Shown here in pieces: positions 17,264 through 31,576 of a stretch of DNA of 64,000 bases. The position numbers and the translations under genes are program-made. Under the pieces are notes generated by a model, which did no database searches, had not been told where the DNA came from, and was given only the letters and a program-made list of their open reading frames with translations. Source of the DNA: the human T2T-CHM13v2.0 reference genome, Homo sapiens. Numbering within the stretch: the first letter of the stretch is position 1; every line of letters begins with the position of its first letter. Location of the stretch: NCBI RefSeq assembly GCF_009914755.1, contig NC_060931.1. One strand, written 5' to 3'.

Positions 17264-20200
17264 ATAGCACTGGGAGATATACCTAATGCTAGATGACGAG
17301 TTAGTGGGTGCAGCGCACCAGCATGGCACATGTATACATATGTAACTAACCTGCACAATGTGCACATGTACCCTAAAACTTAAAGTATAATAATAAAAGA
17401 AAAAATAATAATAAAATAAAATTTAAAAAAAAAGAAATTTATGAAACGTTTAGTTAGATAAACTGTGCAAAAGGGTTGTTTAAAATGCAAGTAACTATGC
17501 AAATATATGACAGCTACTAATATTTTTATTTTTCTACAATAAAATTTAGAAAAATACTTTTACATAAGAATAAAATGCTATCTTAATCAAAAGCAGTTAC
17601 AAAACACCTAATTCTGTTCACTGTTATCCTCGAGGCTTTAGGGAAATTTGTTTTATTTATTTCATTGTCAAGAAGCCCAGTTAATAGCTATGGATTTGTT
17701 TCTATATTATCCAGTCGCTAAGTAGGAAGTAGGAATACATTTTCCTTACCTCGTAATATAGTTTTCACTGTCTTTTCTAGCATGCTTATAACACTTCATG
17801 CTTTTAGAAGAAAGGTGCTAAATGCTAAGAATTAGTATTCAAGTGACTTCAATAAGAATGAAAGTAGAGAGTTTGTAAGGTATGCTAAATCTACAAGATT
17901 TTAAATAGGGTCTCACAGCTTTAACCCACAAATTCTGGACTAACCCACTTCAACAAAGAGTAGTTTCAAAACCTAGTTTGCAAAATGATTACATGGTTAA
18001 TGCAGGATTAAATTTTCTTTCAATTATAAGACTGAATCTGGAAAATACTCTACAGAGAATGAAGGAAAAAATAAATCCTGCAAGAGGTGCATTTGGTCTA
18101 AAGTGCTTTTAAATATGCTTCTTAATTGCTGGGGGCTATTTTGCTCTTCATCTAATCATTGTCTGAATTACTGAAGGTCAACTTATCTGATAAAATAGGT
18201 GAGCTTTGTGGTAATGAAGTCAGATAATGTCTTATATTCGTGTCAGGGTAGGCATCAAATGGGCAATGTATTTAACTATTAGTATGGAGTTTGCAGACTG
18301 GAATACTTTCATCTAGGTTTTTTATATGAAGCCAGTTCATTGAAATAAGTAAAGGTTTCAAAATGGGAAAGCATATAAGAAACTGTGGCTTTAACTGTTT
18401 AATAAAATTGCTTGCTATTTAAGTAAAGGTAATTAAAAGTGTAATGCCGTGGAACTATTACGCACCTACTCAAAAAACGCGTGGATTTTTGTTTTGTGAA
18501 AGAGCCAATATCTTGAAGAAGGGGTAGGCTTCACAATGAGAATCCCATAGATACTTTTAAAGAGCTGGAGATTAACTCATTTAAATAAACAGTCATTTTA
18601 TGGCTTTTTCACCAGGGAGGCCAGCATTTCCTTGGGGTTCTTGAATTAGGGAGTTCCACACCAAGGTTCTGTAAATTAGCTATGTGGGTATTCATATTAT
18701 CAACACCTTCACCGCAGCAGGAGGCCCCACATGGGCAAAAATCAAAGAAATGTAGTAATCTTCTGACTATAGCAGATTACTCTGCTATAGTACTTTTGCC
18801 TCTGCCTAGAGCACTTTTGGTTTTGCTTTGCACCTGACTTTTCAAAAAATATTTCTTTAACCACTATTTGTTTGATTCTGAGTAACATGTATTGGAAGGC
18901 CAAGTCTATCTGCATGCCTTTTCAGGTGTTATTCTGACAGAGGAGTTTTTATACATGTTGGTTTTATAGCATAAAATATGAAAATTTATAAAACTGCTCA
19001 GTACAAGTTTAAGGGCAGGTTTCTGTAAAACACAGAGATATTTTAAATGAAATATACAAATGTACTGGCTCCTTCATGATTTTTTTACATGAACTAAAGC
19101 AAAGCTATATTCACATATGAAAAACATCCAATTTCATTTCATCCTCCCCTCCCCAACATATGGTAAGTATTTCCTTGGTTTCTAAATCTGATGCATTTCC
19201 AAATACACTTGGGGAAGAAGTGTAAGTTACTATACTTCCATCTGATTTTTCTCAGAGAAATTTGTACAACATAAGTTTTACAGAATGGATGAGTTTTATT
19301 AAAAGAAAGAGCATTTGTCCGTGCAATGCCTAAAAAACCTGTGAAAGTGCAGGTCATAGAGAGAAACCATGGTATTATTTGCTGGCTTTCTGTCAACAAG
19401 AAACTTTTCCATCCTCATGTATATCCTGAAGTCAAGTGCACATTTTTAGTAGCAATGGTCCATGAGAAAGCAATAGGCTATCCTGGGTGTCTGGGCCACT
19501 GGGTTGGTCAATTAAAGGAGACTGTTGAGTCATGCATTCTACCTTGTCACATTTGTCTGGTTTTGTTTTTCTATAGAAAATCAAAGCAAACAAAGCAGCT
19601 CTCAGTAATGCATTCTAAAATTGTCATGAATTAACTGACCTCTGTAGAAATGTCCTTTTCCTGGGTCAATTCAGCAATTTTGTCCTGCTTATTGTTTTCT
19701 AAATACATCAGTTTCATTTTGTGTTGAACATCAAAGCCCTCATGAGAAGTACTACGTTTAACTACAAGGCTGAGTTGCTCAGGACCTGACAAGTCATGAA
19801 GCATTAGTAGGTGATTGGTTCTTCCCGTCTTGGAACTCAGCCTAATACATACAGTATTTAAATAGGGAAATCGCCATTGACTTTGTAATCCCTTGTGTGA
19901 CACTTGTTCTGTGAACAGATAAAGGAGAAGTAAGTCAAATACACATTTGTTGGGAAGTCTCCATTGTCTCTTTTCTCCCCAAAGGCAGGAACTGTCAGCA
20001 TTGGTGATCTCAAGCTAGCCCATGTTCTGATATTATGGTGCACATTCCCAGGGAGGATTATTTGGAAGGACTTTTGTGAAGGGAAACATTTCAGCTGCTT
20101 TTTACAAGCACTGATTGCCCAGGACAAAGTAACTGACTGCTACAACATTGAAGCTGAAGGACATAAACATACTATAATATGTTTTGTCATAAACAATCAC

Positions 20201-23200
20201 AGATTAAGGCCCTCTTCACAGGTGATTGAACAAAATGAATAACAGAATGGAGACTTGTATTCTAATGCTTGTTGCTCATGTAAACTCATGTTCTGCATTT
20301 TAGAATTTGTTGAAGCCATAGCTTCTGCTTTGGGAATAAGCCCCATTAATCAGGTCATTCCTTTAGGTGTATTCTGAAGTAGCTACTTTTGGTGATTAAA
20401 CTTCACGTATTATATTAGGTAACACAGCATGCTGTTAACAGCATGTTATCAGTAAAGGCAAGAGAAAGCATTTATTTTAGATAAGGCAGGCTAACGTCTG
20501 TCAACTATAACACTGCTCTCTGATATCAAGGTAAGAGTAAGCTACAGAATGCCATCAGCAATAGCAAACATATGCTGAGTGCCTACTATGTGCTGGGCAA
20601 TATATCAGATGCTGAGAAGAGTTATATTATAATTCATAAGGGATATAAAATAGCAAGCAATTCAAAGTAGTAAATAGATAATCTGCCGTATATTTTAGAA
20701 ATGTATTAAGACAGAAGTTGCTCTAACATTTGAGAGTTAAAGCAACTAAAGTCCTTGCCATTTATGAGATTTGATCAAGCATACATAGTCTGTATGAAGT
20801 TTTGAATAAATCTGTTATTCTATCATCTATGTAGTGAGAAACTAGGAAAATAAACCAGGAGTTTTGAGATCTTTAATCCAAGAGATACCTTGTAGTTTGG
20901 GCACAAACTAGCTTTCCAGTTTTTTTCTTCTGGGACTAGTATTATTTGCATTTAAGAGCTTCAAGGAAACTTTGACTGATAACTCCAAATATGAGTTTTA
21001 AGCTAGCATAAAGTATCAATTTTTAAGCAATAGACATCATGATATTTTTCATCGCCTTTCACATGATGGCATAAGTGAAGCCCAAATGGAAGTTCAATGA
21101 TTCCATTTCAGCTATAAAAGATTCAGGAAGATTAGAACCTCAGTGACTTTCTTGTATAGTGATTTTTTAAAAATATGTTTTGCTGAACGAGAGGGCTGTC
21201 ATGAATTAAATGCAACTCTGCATTTAGTTAGTATTCAATTCTATTCTTCCAATAAATAACTGGATGAAAATCATTTAAAGAAAAGCCCTTCTCTTTAAGG
21301 AAACATCTTTAGACCATTTTTATGAGATTTCTCTAGCAGACCAACTTGCAACTTCTAGAAAAATAACCCAAACCATGTAAATGTACTAAAGAAGATCTCC
21401 AGGGAAGCACAACCTCTTAGTTCTGTCTTTATACAGCTCGTGGTGAATATGGAGTAGAAGAAAATTGTGGCTTCAACAGAATTCAAACATTATTGTATCG
21501 GATCTGAAAACATTTATTCATTAAGGCTAAAATAAAGGAAAACATTTTGAAAAATAACAGCCAGTAATTTATGTCTGGCTGGGCTAGATCTAAACTTGAG
21601 TTCTGGCCATTTTCATGTATGTTATCGTGAATATTTACCATGACAACATCTGCATAGCATTACCTACTCACTTCTGAGTATTTAATGTACATACTCTTAA
21701 TAAACATGTTCCTTGTGGTCTGTTATATATATTTTTAAGACCACATTAAAAGAATCAGAAGTGGAAGAGATATTTTCAAAAACTTAAACATGGACATTTC
21801 TCATATGGAGTTTTGAAAATGTGCAGTATTTGCTTTAATAACCAGAGACCATATTATAAAATGCCTGTAGAAACACAGTGAATGAAAAAGTCTCTAACTT
21901 TAATGGTTTCAACAAAGTGTTATATTTTAGGAAACAATGAAATGGAACTCCTATGAATATAGATAGTAGAAAGAATGGAGAAAGTGTGTATCTATTCATT
22001 ATTTGATGGAGTCCTGATATTTTCTTGTAAAGTAGCTGTAAAAGAAGTCCTAATATAAATCTGCAAGTGAAAAAGGAAAGCATGACATCAGTCTCTCTTA
22101 TAGTTTTGAAAATGCTAAAGCAAAATCAAACTGACAAAACTTGAAGAGCTGCTGCTAAAATTGGCATAATAGTGTTTAATTGAAAAATAATGTGATGTAA
22201 GGTAAATAATCAGAAGAGCACGTTTCCAGGATTTCTTGCCCTCAGAGTAATACAGATAGGACAGTACACATATACGGTTATCAGTTTGGAAGAACACTTG
22301 AATGAAGGCACTGAAAAGACAGAAATAATGGTGTCTTCTTTTGCTTTGAAGCTTCCTGATTGGAATGCAGTCCTTTAGGGTGGGAGAATCTGCTTTATTT
22401 AGAGAATAGCAATTCAAACCATTCTTTTCCACTGGAAATATTTGTCACAGGAAGATTTTCCCATAGTAAAAGTGTTTTGTTAATAAACTTTTTTTTTTAT
22501 GTTGAGGTCCCTTACATGTAACTAACTGGAACCATGCTTTAGCCAAGGTTTTAGGCAAACCTCGGCCTTTGAATTGTACAGGCTTGACATGTCATTGCAG
22601 AGACACGTCACACTGCATTATGCTGTCGCTTTGCATCCCTTGGCATTTCACTGACATACTGCAGGCTCTTGTTCTACTTTTTTGTGCTGCTTTCCACGGT
22701 CCCCATTACAGGCTCCAAGACCCAACAACTCCTGCAAAAATTGATAGCATTTTTTTTGCCTGTGAACAATCACTTCCTTATTTGAATGACTTTAAAAAAA
22801 TGAGCCTTTGGTTCTTAGTGTATGGAAAAAAAATTTACTTAGGGTGCTTTCAGCCTATTCAAATCACCAGCAGCTCTCTGTATCCAGATGTAAAGCGGGG
22901 ATTCCAAATCTGCAGAAATAAACTGCATGAAACATATTAAAATAAAAATAAGTTGATTTAAGTAGGATATAAAAGTTAGGTTTAAAGCGCAAATATAGGT
23001 AATCTCCTTATGAAAAATACAGTATTTTATGATTACAGAAGTTACTCATTTTTATAGTAGGGAGCTTTGGCAGGAGAGGAAAATAAGCAAAATGAAAAAA
23101 TTAAAAATCGTGTAATTCCCACATTTAAAAATAGCTGCCCATCATTTTGTCTATTTCTATTTATATCTAGAGCGATACTGATATGTAATGCACACACATA

Positions 23201-24289
23201 AATGATATCACATGCAAAAAAATTTTAACAAGAAATTATATTATAAACATGTCCCCGGTCATTAACATTTGTGTAAAACATTATGTCCATGTATTCTTAT
23301 TGTTTGTGTGGTTATGCTATATTTCCTTAAGATAAATTTCTCAAAGAAGAATAACATTTATCTAGATGGATATTTACCAAATTCCACCTCACTCCCTCAG
23401 AATTTGATGCCTCTTTCCCAGGTCCTTATGAACATTCTCAATGACAGTGTTTAAAAGTGTTGGTTTTCCCTTTTCTTCATCAACACTAGGTATTGCCATT
23501 TGTTAGCATAAAGAGTATAATCTTTGCCATTCTGATATATAGAAAAACAGTTACATATCACTTTAATTTGTATTTCTTCAACAGCTAGTAGAGCAAAGTC
23601 TTTTATTACATGTTTCTGGTCATTTGTAATTGCTTCTGGCAACAAACAAACAAAAAACCTTAAGCAATTTTTTAAAAGCCCATGACATTTTATTTTAAAG
23701 GTCCATTTTAAAGCAAAAAAGTAAAATTGAATCATTGCCATAATCAGATTACTTTTAATTAAAGCATTTCACACCTAGAGCCCTCTTGGGAAGGTATGAA
23801 GTTTTTACTTCAACTAATAATCCATTCTTCTGTAACCTAAATGGTTCCTATTTGAACAATGAAACATGCATTATTCCTTTAGGACACATGATCAGTAGCC
23901 TCGGGATAAAAACAAAACCAGAAATATTCAGTGTTTGGATCATAAAATCTGTCTCTTCTCCCCAGCCCCACCAGTTTCTGTGGTATATCATTATGGTTCT
24001 TTCTCTACAGCTTTCTGTATCTCCCTATTTCTAGCTTCCTTTTTCATTTCAACTTTTATTTCATATCTCTGCAGTCCCATGAAGTAAGTTCAAAGTCTTG
24101 CTTTCTTACATATGGGATACTTTGGAATTGTTTTTCCTTAAGTTTTATTTCTTGCTCCCAGTGAGAACAACACAGATGACTAAAAAATGAGATTGCATTT
24201 CTTCAATTATTGCAGAAAAATACCTATCTCATATGCACATTGAAGATTTTTAAAGATTTATCTTTTTGAAGTAATAAAACAGAAGATAA

Positions 24290-24450
24290 CTGCTGTAGAC
24301 TTTATCATATGCTAGGAACTTTTATGCAGTATTTCATTTAATACACACAGAAGTGATATGAGATTGAAGCTATAGCTCCCATTTAAGAGATGAGAGAACT
24401 GAGGCCTGAGGACTTAGGTAAATGGAATTAAGAATATCTAACCCAAGGGT
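24290..24450 (-). mobile_element. MIR
   Basis: cccatttaagagatgagagaactgaggc, the antisense MIR core. Confidence 0.7.
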
Positions 24451-24871
24451 GTTTTTTACATAGGAATCAAAACAATGTAAGTGAAAGTGTGTGTGTGTTT
24501 CTGTGTGTGTGTGTATGTGTATGTGAGTGTAGCACATAATTAAAACTGAAATATATTGTTAAGTAAGTGCTCACTTAAATTCTCTGCCAGGAAAGCAAAA
24601 CAGAAGTTTCCTCATCTCTTCAGATGTTCGTCTGTTTTGTCTTTATTTGTCTCAAATCTTTATTCACTTTGTTAAAGATGTTTCATAGAAGTATCAATAT
24701 TTATCTGCCTTTCAAGGCTGCTCCTAACCCACTTACCCATTCACCCAAGAGCAGAGTCCTTGGGTGAAATGTTATACACTTAAGATATATATCCCAAGAA
24801 CCATGACAAACAGGATGTTGGGTTGTATAACATACGCTGCTTCCAAATGTAGCCTTGGAAAATAATTTTTT

Positions 24872-25156
24872 TTTTTTGAGATGGAGGTTCTCCCTGTTGC
24901 CTAGGCTGGAGCACAGTGGCAAGATCTCAGCTCACCGCAACCTCCGCCTCCTGGGTTCAAGCAATTCTGCCTCAGCTTCCTAAGTAGCTGGGATTACAGG
25001 CATGTGCCACCACGCCCGGCTAATTTTTGTATTTTTGGTAGAGACAGGGTTTCGCCATGTTGGCCAGGCTGGTCTCGAACTCTTGAGCTCAGGTGATCCA
25101 CCCTCCTCGGCCTTTCAAAGTGCTGGAATTATAGGCGTGAGCCACTGTGCCCGGCC
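24872..25156 (-). mobile_element. AluS (Sq/Sp-like), full length
   Basis: Poly-T followed by a full antisense Alu ending ccggcc; TSD gaaaataatttttt. Confidence 0.95.
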
Positions 25157-25229
25157 AGAAAATAATTTTTTAAAAATAGTTTAAAAACTTTATTTTACTA
25201 ATTCTTAGTAAGGGAAGTAATATAATGTA

Positions 25230-26830
25230 ATGTAAATGCACACAGTATTTTAAAGTTTACAAACCACTTCTATGTATCTACTTGACTCTAATGACTTAGA
25301 CAAGAAGGCGTTATTTTCTTTCTTGAGTTGACGAAACTATAGCACAGAGATAAAGTGACTTGGCAAAGGCCTTATCCAGCTAGAAATGTGCAATTCCAGA
25401 CTTGCAATGGGGTCCTCTGAACTTAAATCATAGTTAATCCCTTACCTTTTTCTATGCCTCAGCAGTAGTACTCATTCATCCATTTATTCATGCTTTCAGA
25501 GAATAATTGTTGGGCACATAGTATGTATTAAGGTCATAGTAAGACTTGAGAGTTAGGGGCATGAAAAACCTAGCCTTTACTCTCTTGGAACTTGCAGTCT
25601 AGTTCATGGTTTCTACATTTAAACCCAACTAGATTATATCACAATATATGTTCCAGAAGTGTCCCAGATTTGGAAGAGTGGAGGAAAGAGGATCCATGCG
25701 TCTGTGTAGAAAGAAAGACATCTTTAGGACTGAGTCAGATTTTAAAGGATTTGTGGTTTGTCAGGTATTAAGGATAAGGAAGCTATTCCTAGCAGACCTA
25801 ATAGCACATGAAAAGTCATGACGAAAATGTCTGATGGGGTATCTGTAGCAGGATGGGCTAGAAAGTTGGCTAAATAAAAGGGACTGAGATGAACAATATG
25901 ACATGAGTTTGTAGATATAGTCAAACCAGATTATGGGGGCTTGAAATCCTAGCATAAGTACATGAGTTCTATATCATGTAGTGTGGATGTGCTCACATGG
26001 ATAAGTGTGTGTGTGTGTGTGTGTGTGTGTGTTTCTGTGTGTGTTGGAGGGAGGGAAGGGTGTAACAGTTTTTGAACACTCCTATCCATTATCTTTAAAT
26101 AAAGAACCTCATTTACTCTTCATGCCAAGCCTTTTCAGATGGCATTATTATTCCCAGTTGCAGTTGGGAGAATTGAAGCTTAGAGAGTAAAAAAAAAAAA
26201 AAAGTCCATGGTTACCCTGCTTACAAATTACAGAACTGGTGTTAAACCCAAGGTATATCTGAACCCGTTGCCCATGCTCTTTGTACTGCACTACTAAAGA
26301 TTTTTTTTTAAAGTAGAAGACCAATATAATTAGACATATGTTATATAAAGATAATTTGCAACATTTTAAGAGAAATGTGTAAAGATGATTGTCCAAGTGA
26401 GAAGGGATAGATGCCTGAAAATAGAGATAGTAGGTGGATTTGAGAAATACAAAGAAGGGTTTGGGGAATGATCATAAAGAGCTATGTAGGATAACAACTG
26501 AGAATAAATGACTTTTTTTTTTAGCTTGAATGGCTGTTATAATGTGTTGTCACTTATTTACTGGAGAAGATTCAATTATTACTAGAGGACATTCATGGGG
26601 AAAAAAAGAGATTTGGACCAAAAAAGATGTTATTAGTTTTTAATATATCAAGGATGTACTCCATGAGTGACATTTGTTACCGATTACTAGAAACAGAAGT
26701 GAGGACAGATGCCAGGGTCAGTAATAGGCATTAATGTGGAGATAATCATTGAAGTGATAGGCATGAGTGAGCTCCTTTAAGGAGAACACGAGAAGGAAAG
26801 ACAAAAGATCTAGAATTGGGGGAAAACCTG
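25230..26830 (-). mobile_element. L2 fragments interleaved with MIRs and a (TG)n tract (26005-26043)
   Basis: Antisense L2 3' end cattcatccatttattca...cttgcagtctag; MIR cores near 25330 and 26160. Confidence 0.55.
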
Positions 26831-27357
26831 ATTTTAAGATGTAACATAAGATTTGTATATTTTAAATCATGGTAGATTTTTATAGAAGAAATCTTGATCA
26901 ATATTTTAAAAAGAAAGGAAAAAATATAAAACATATTGCTAGAATGGACACTAAATAACATGTCAGGAATAAGATCACAAATATCAATAATTATAAGAAA
27001 ATGTAAAAACATTTTATTTGTTCATTAAAAAAAAAAACAAGATTGTCATAAAGACCAAAAGGAATATGTGAGCTGTATGCTATTTACACAGAGGTGCAGC
27101 TGAAAAAATAAAGAAACAAAAATGTTAAAATAAAGAAAGAAACAGATATGGAATAGGCCATTGTAAATGAAGGAAAGCAGAACTAGCAGATTCAATATCA
27201 GTCAAAGCAGAATTTAGGGCAAAAACTGCTGAGTGGGAGAAATAAGAATTTATCATTTTAAATAAAAGTACAATTCACAAAACTTACATGACCAATAAAA
27301 TATTAGTGTGTAGAAAATATACTATTAAGCATAAATCAAGTTAAATATGTTAGATAT

Positions 27358-28163
27358 TGTGAGAAAACTATCCCTAACCATGTTTTCCCTGTACTCTCAC
27401 ACCACAACAATTATTAACACAGAAGACTTCTGCGTCCACATGAGTGGAGGTTTTTTTCCCAACACACCAAGCAGCGGTCACCAGTTGGGTGTCCTCTAAT
27501 TCAGTCTCGATACTATCTAACCAGAGACAGTGTCAGATGTGACAGGTTGACAAGTTGAAGGCTCACTTCCCTAGGACTCCCCTCCCCCCACACCACTGAC
27601 ACCAGTCACGCAAGTTGGGCCTCTGGAACTTCTGACAGACCGGCTTCAGGTTGGGGTTCCCATGACCCCCTCTTTCGGTTCGATTAATTTGCTGGAGCGG
27701 CTCACAGAACTCAGGGAAACACCTACTTATATTTATAAGTTTATTATAAAGGATATTGCAATGGAAACAGTTGAAGAGAAGTGTAAAGTGAGGTATTATA
27801 AAAGGGCTATGGAGTTTCCCCGCCCTCCCTGGGCTCACCACCCAACAGGAACGTGTTCAGCTATCCTGAAGTTCAGTGAACCCTGTCCTCCTGGGTTTTT
27901 ATGGAAGCTTCATGATGTCAGCATTTCTTCCTCCAGGTATAGGATGAGACCCTCTCATGGGAGAGGCTTAAGGCCCAAATTCAGAAAGGCAGGGAAATAT
28001 TAGAGTTCTGCCTGGGGGCAGGCGAAAGGAGAGCAAGAGAAGGTCAGAGGCCTGCCCCTGAAGCCCCACACACCCAACATTATAACAAAAGGCTATAATA
28101 AGGGCTATAGGAGTTATGAGCCGGGAGCCATGGATGAAAACCAATCTGTATCATAACACCGCA
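27358..28163 (-). mobile_element. MER21 (ERVL) solo LTR
   Basis: tgt...gca termini; internal ggttcgattaatttgctggagcggctcacagaactcagggaaaca typical of MER21. Confidence 0.85.
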
Positions 28164-28743
28164 GATGGAAGGAGAAGTAAGGAGAATCTGACAGAACCGT
28201 AATCATACTGAAAGACTTTAAAATTTTCTCTCTGAATTTTCTAGACCAAGATGGCAAGAAATATATGATACTAATAATAGATAATTAAATAATATAATTA
28301 ATACATTTGATGAGTGTTTTTATGTGTAAAATTTAACAAACAGAAATTCACATTATGTAAAAATTCATTTTGGAATGTGGTCGTTTGACCATAAGGAATT
28401 AAAACTATGAGTCACAAAAATGCTAACCACTTAATAATAAAAAATCTAGTAAGTTAAGATCTAAATTAGCACTTTAATTTACTCTTGACTTAGACATAGA
28501 CACTGAAAATGCAGACTAGTTAAATTAGGCACTGTATTAAATCTATGTCTCAAAAACTTCACAATGCAGCTAAAGCAACATTCAAAGGAAAATTGATAAA
28601 ATGTATTTGTTTCAAATAAGGTTGGCAATAATCAGTAAACTGCAGAAGAAAATAAGTTTCTCAAAACCATATGAATTTGATGCTAATGTTACCTTCATCT
28701 TATAAATGAATTAATTGTGGCTCAGAACCTATAAAACCAATAG

Positions 28744-29077
<334 letters not shown>

Positions 29078-29571
29078 TGGAGTTAGATTTTAAATGGAGT
29101 CCTGATTGCACCGCTTACTACCTAGGTGAACCTGAGAAAATTGCTTATCCTACATGAATCTCACTTTGTTCAGAAAAGTAGAGAATTTTGTTGTGATTAA
29201 ACAATATTATCTGTGCAAACTTCTTAGAACTGAGCCTCTCATATGGGAAGCCCTAAAAAAATTCTATTTACGAGGTAAAGCACAATTTACAATCTCAAAA
29301 TACAGTAGGCAGACAAACTTGCACTTGAACTCCTATTAATCATTACACTATTCTTTTGACATACCATAAATATATTGGCAAAGAAGTTTATGAATCACTA
29401 CTATAAAACTATGTTAAATCAAGAGCAAGGCCATGTTACTGGATAAAAAGTATAGATTTTGATTCTCCCCAAATTAATCTATAAATTTAACACCTTCCCA
29501 ATCAAAATCTCAGTACTTTGAGGAGGAAAGGGACTTAATATTTAGCAGTTTTTCATAAAAAATAAATCTGT

Positions 29572-29866
29572 GGCCGGGTGCGGTAGCTCACGCCTGTAAT
29601 CCCAGCACTTTGGGAGGCCGAGGTGGGTGGATCACGAGGTCAGGGGATCGAGACCATCCTGACCAACATGGTAAAACCCCATCTCTACTAAAAAATACAC
29701 AAATTAGCCAGGTGTGGTGGCACGTGCCTGTAGTCCCAGCTACTTGAGAGGCTGAGGCAGGAGAATCGCTTGAACCCAGGAGGCGGAGGCTGCAGTGAGC
29801 CAAGACCACTATACTCCAGCCTAGGCAGCAGAGTGAAACTGTCTCAAAAAAAAAAATAAAGAAAGA
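29572..29866 (+). mobile_element. AluSc-like, full length
   Basis: ggatcacgaggtcaggggatcgagaccatcctgaccaacatgg; degenerate TSD aaaaataaatctgt / aagaataaatttgt. Confidence 0.93.
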
Positions 29867-30510
29867 AAGAATAAATTTGTAAATATAAATGGAGGGAGAG
29901 AGAGACTCCTCTTTTAAGGAAACAGTAATTATAGCAATGTGAGTTTGCAGAAATAGGCACTCAGGCAAATGAGAAAATAAAATTATAGAAGCAGACCTCA
30001 GTATAAATGGAAATGTATCATATTTTAAGAGTTTTATTCTAAATCAGTGAGGAAAGACCAATGAGTGTTATTGGAAACTTGTTAAATTCTTACCTCATAC
30101 CATATTTCAAGGTAAAATTTTATTAAAATTTAAATACTGACGAAATAATGAAAGCTCTAGGGTAGTAGATAGTGAAATATATCCTATAAGTACCAAATTG
30201 ACAGGAACCATTCTACCTCAAAACAAACTTCTACTTCACCAAAACAAAATAAACAATTATAACAATACAAATCTCATGCTATAAACTATCAAAATATAGA
30301 CAGCAAACTGGTAAATTATAGTAACCATGTATGTGACAAAATAGGTTAAAATCCTTAATATTTAAAGATCTCCTAGGGCATCAAAAAGCTAAATGCCTTT
30401 TTCCTGGCTCAATTTCAGCAGTAGACAAATGGCTTATAGAGAATATTATTAAAAGAAAACACTTAAATGTCCAATAAATTTAGAAAAAATATGTTTGGCT
30501 TCAATAGTAA

Positions 30511-30668
30511 ATATATATATTATATATATATAATATATATATTATATATATACTATATATATTGTATATATATAATATATATATAATATATATAGTATAT
30601 ATATAATATATATATTATATATATAGTATATATATATTATATTTTTTATATATATATATATATATATA
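30511..30668. repeat. Long interrupted (TA)n tract
   Basis: About 158 bp of nearly pure A/T alternation next to an L1 tail. Confidence 0.95.
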
Positions 30669-31576
30669 AATTTTACTTTTAAGTTCCAGGATACATGTGC
30701 AGAACATACAGGTTTGTTACATAGGTATACGTGTGCCATGGTGGTTTCCTGCACCTATTGAGCCGTCCTCTAAGTTCCCTCCCCTCACCCCCCACCGCCC
30801 AACAAGCCCTGGTGTGTGTTGTTCCCCTCCTTGTGTCCATGTGTTCTCATTGTTCAACTCCCACTTATGAGCAAGAACATGCGGTGTCTGGTTTTCTGTT
30901 CCTCTGTTAGTTTGCTGAGGATGATGGCTTCCAGCTTCATCCATGTCCCTGCAAAGGACATGATCTCATTCCTTTTTATGGCTGCATAGTATCCCATGAT
31001 GTATATGTACCACATTTTCTTTATCCAATCTATCATTGATGGGCATTTGGGTTGGTTCCATGACTTTGCTATTGTATAGAGTGCTGCAATAAACATATAT
31101 GTGAATGTGCCTTTATAGTAGAATGATTTATATTCCTCTGGGTATATGCTCAGTAATGGGATTGCTGGGTCAAATGGTATTTCTGGTTCTAGATCCTTGA
31201 GGAATCACCACACTCTCTTCCACAATGGTTGAACTAATTTACATTTCCCCCAACAGTGTAAAAGCCTTCCTATTTCTCCACAGCCTTGCCAGCATCTATT
31301 GTTTCTTGACCTTTTAATAATCACCATTCTGACTGGCATGAGATGGTATCCCATTGTGGTTTTGATTTGGATTTTTCTATGATCAATGATGTTGAGCTTT
31401 TTTTCATGTTTGTTGGCCATGTAAACGTCTTCTTTTGAGAAGTGTCTGTTCATATCCTTTGGCCACTTTTTGATGAGGTTGTTTTCTTCTTGTAAATTTG
31501 TTTACGTTCCTTGTAAATTCTGAATATTAGACACTTGTTAGATGGGTAGATTGCAAAAATTTTCTCCCATTCTGTA
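30669..31576 (-). mobile_element. 5'-truncated L1PA (L1PA8A-like) 3' end
   Basis: Antisense 3'UTR (aagttccaggatacatgtgcagaac...cctctaagttccctcccctc) and ORF2 C-terminal remnants (MFIAALYTIAKSWNQPKCP; [16 protein letters not shown]). Confidence 0.88.

Noticed and set aside
19139-22940. Several 80-123 aa ORFs in the repeat-poor block
   Set aside because: I see no recognisable domain or exon structure, the ORFs overlap on both strands, and the lengths are expected by chance.
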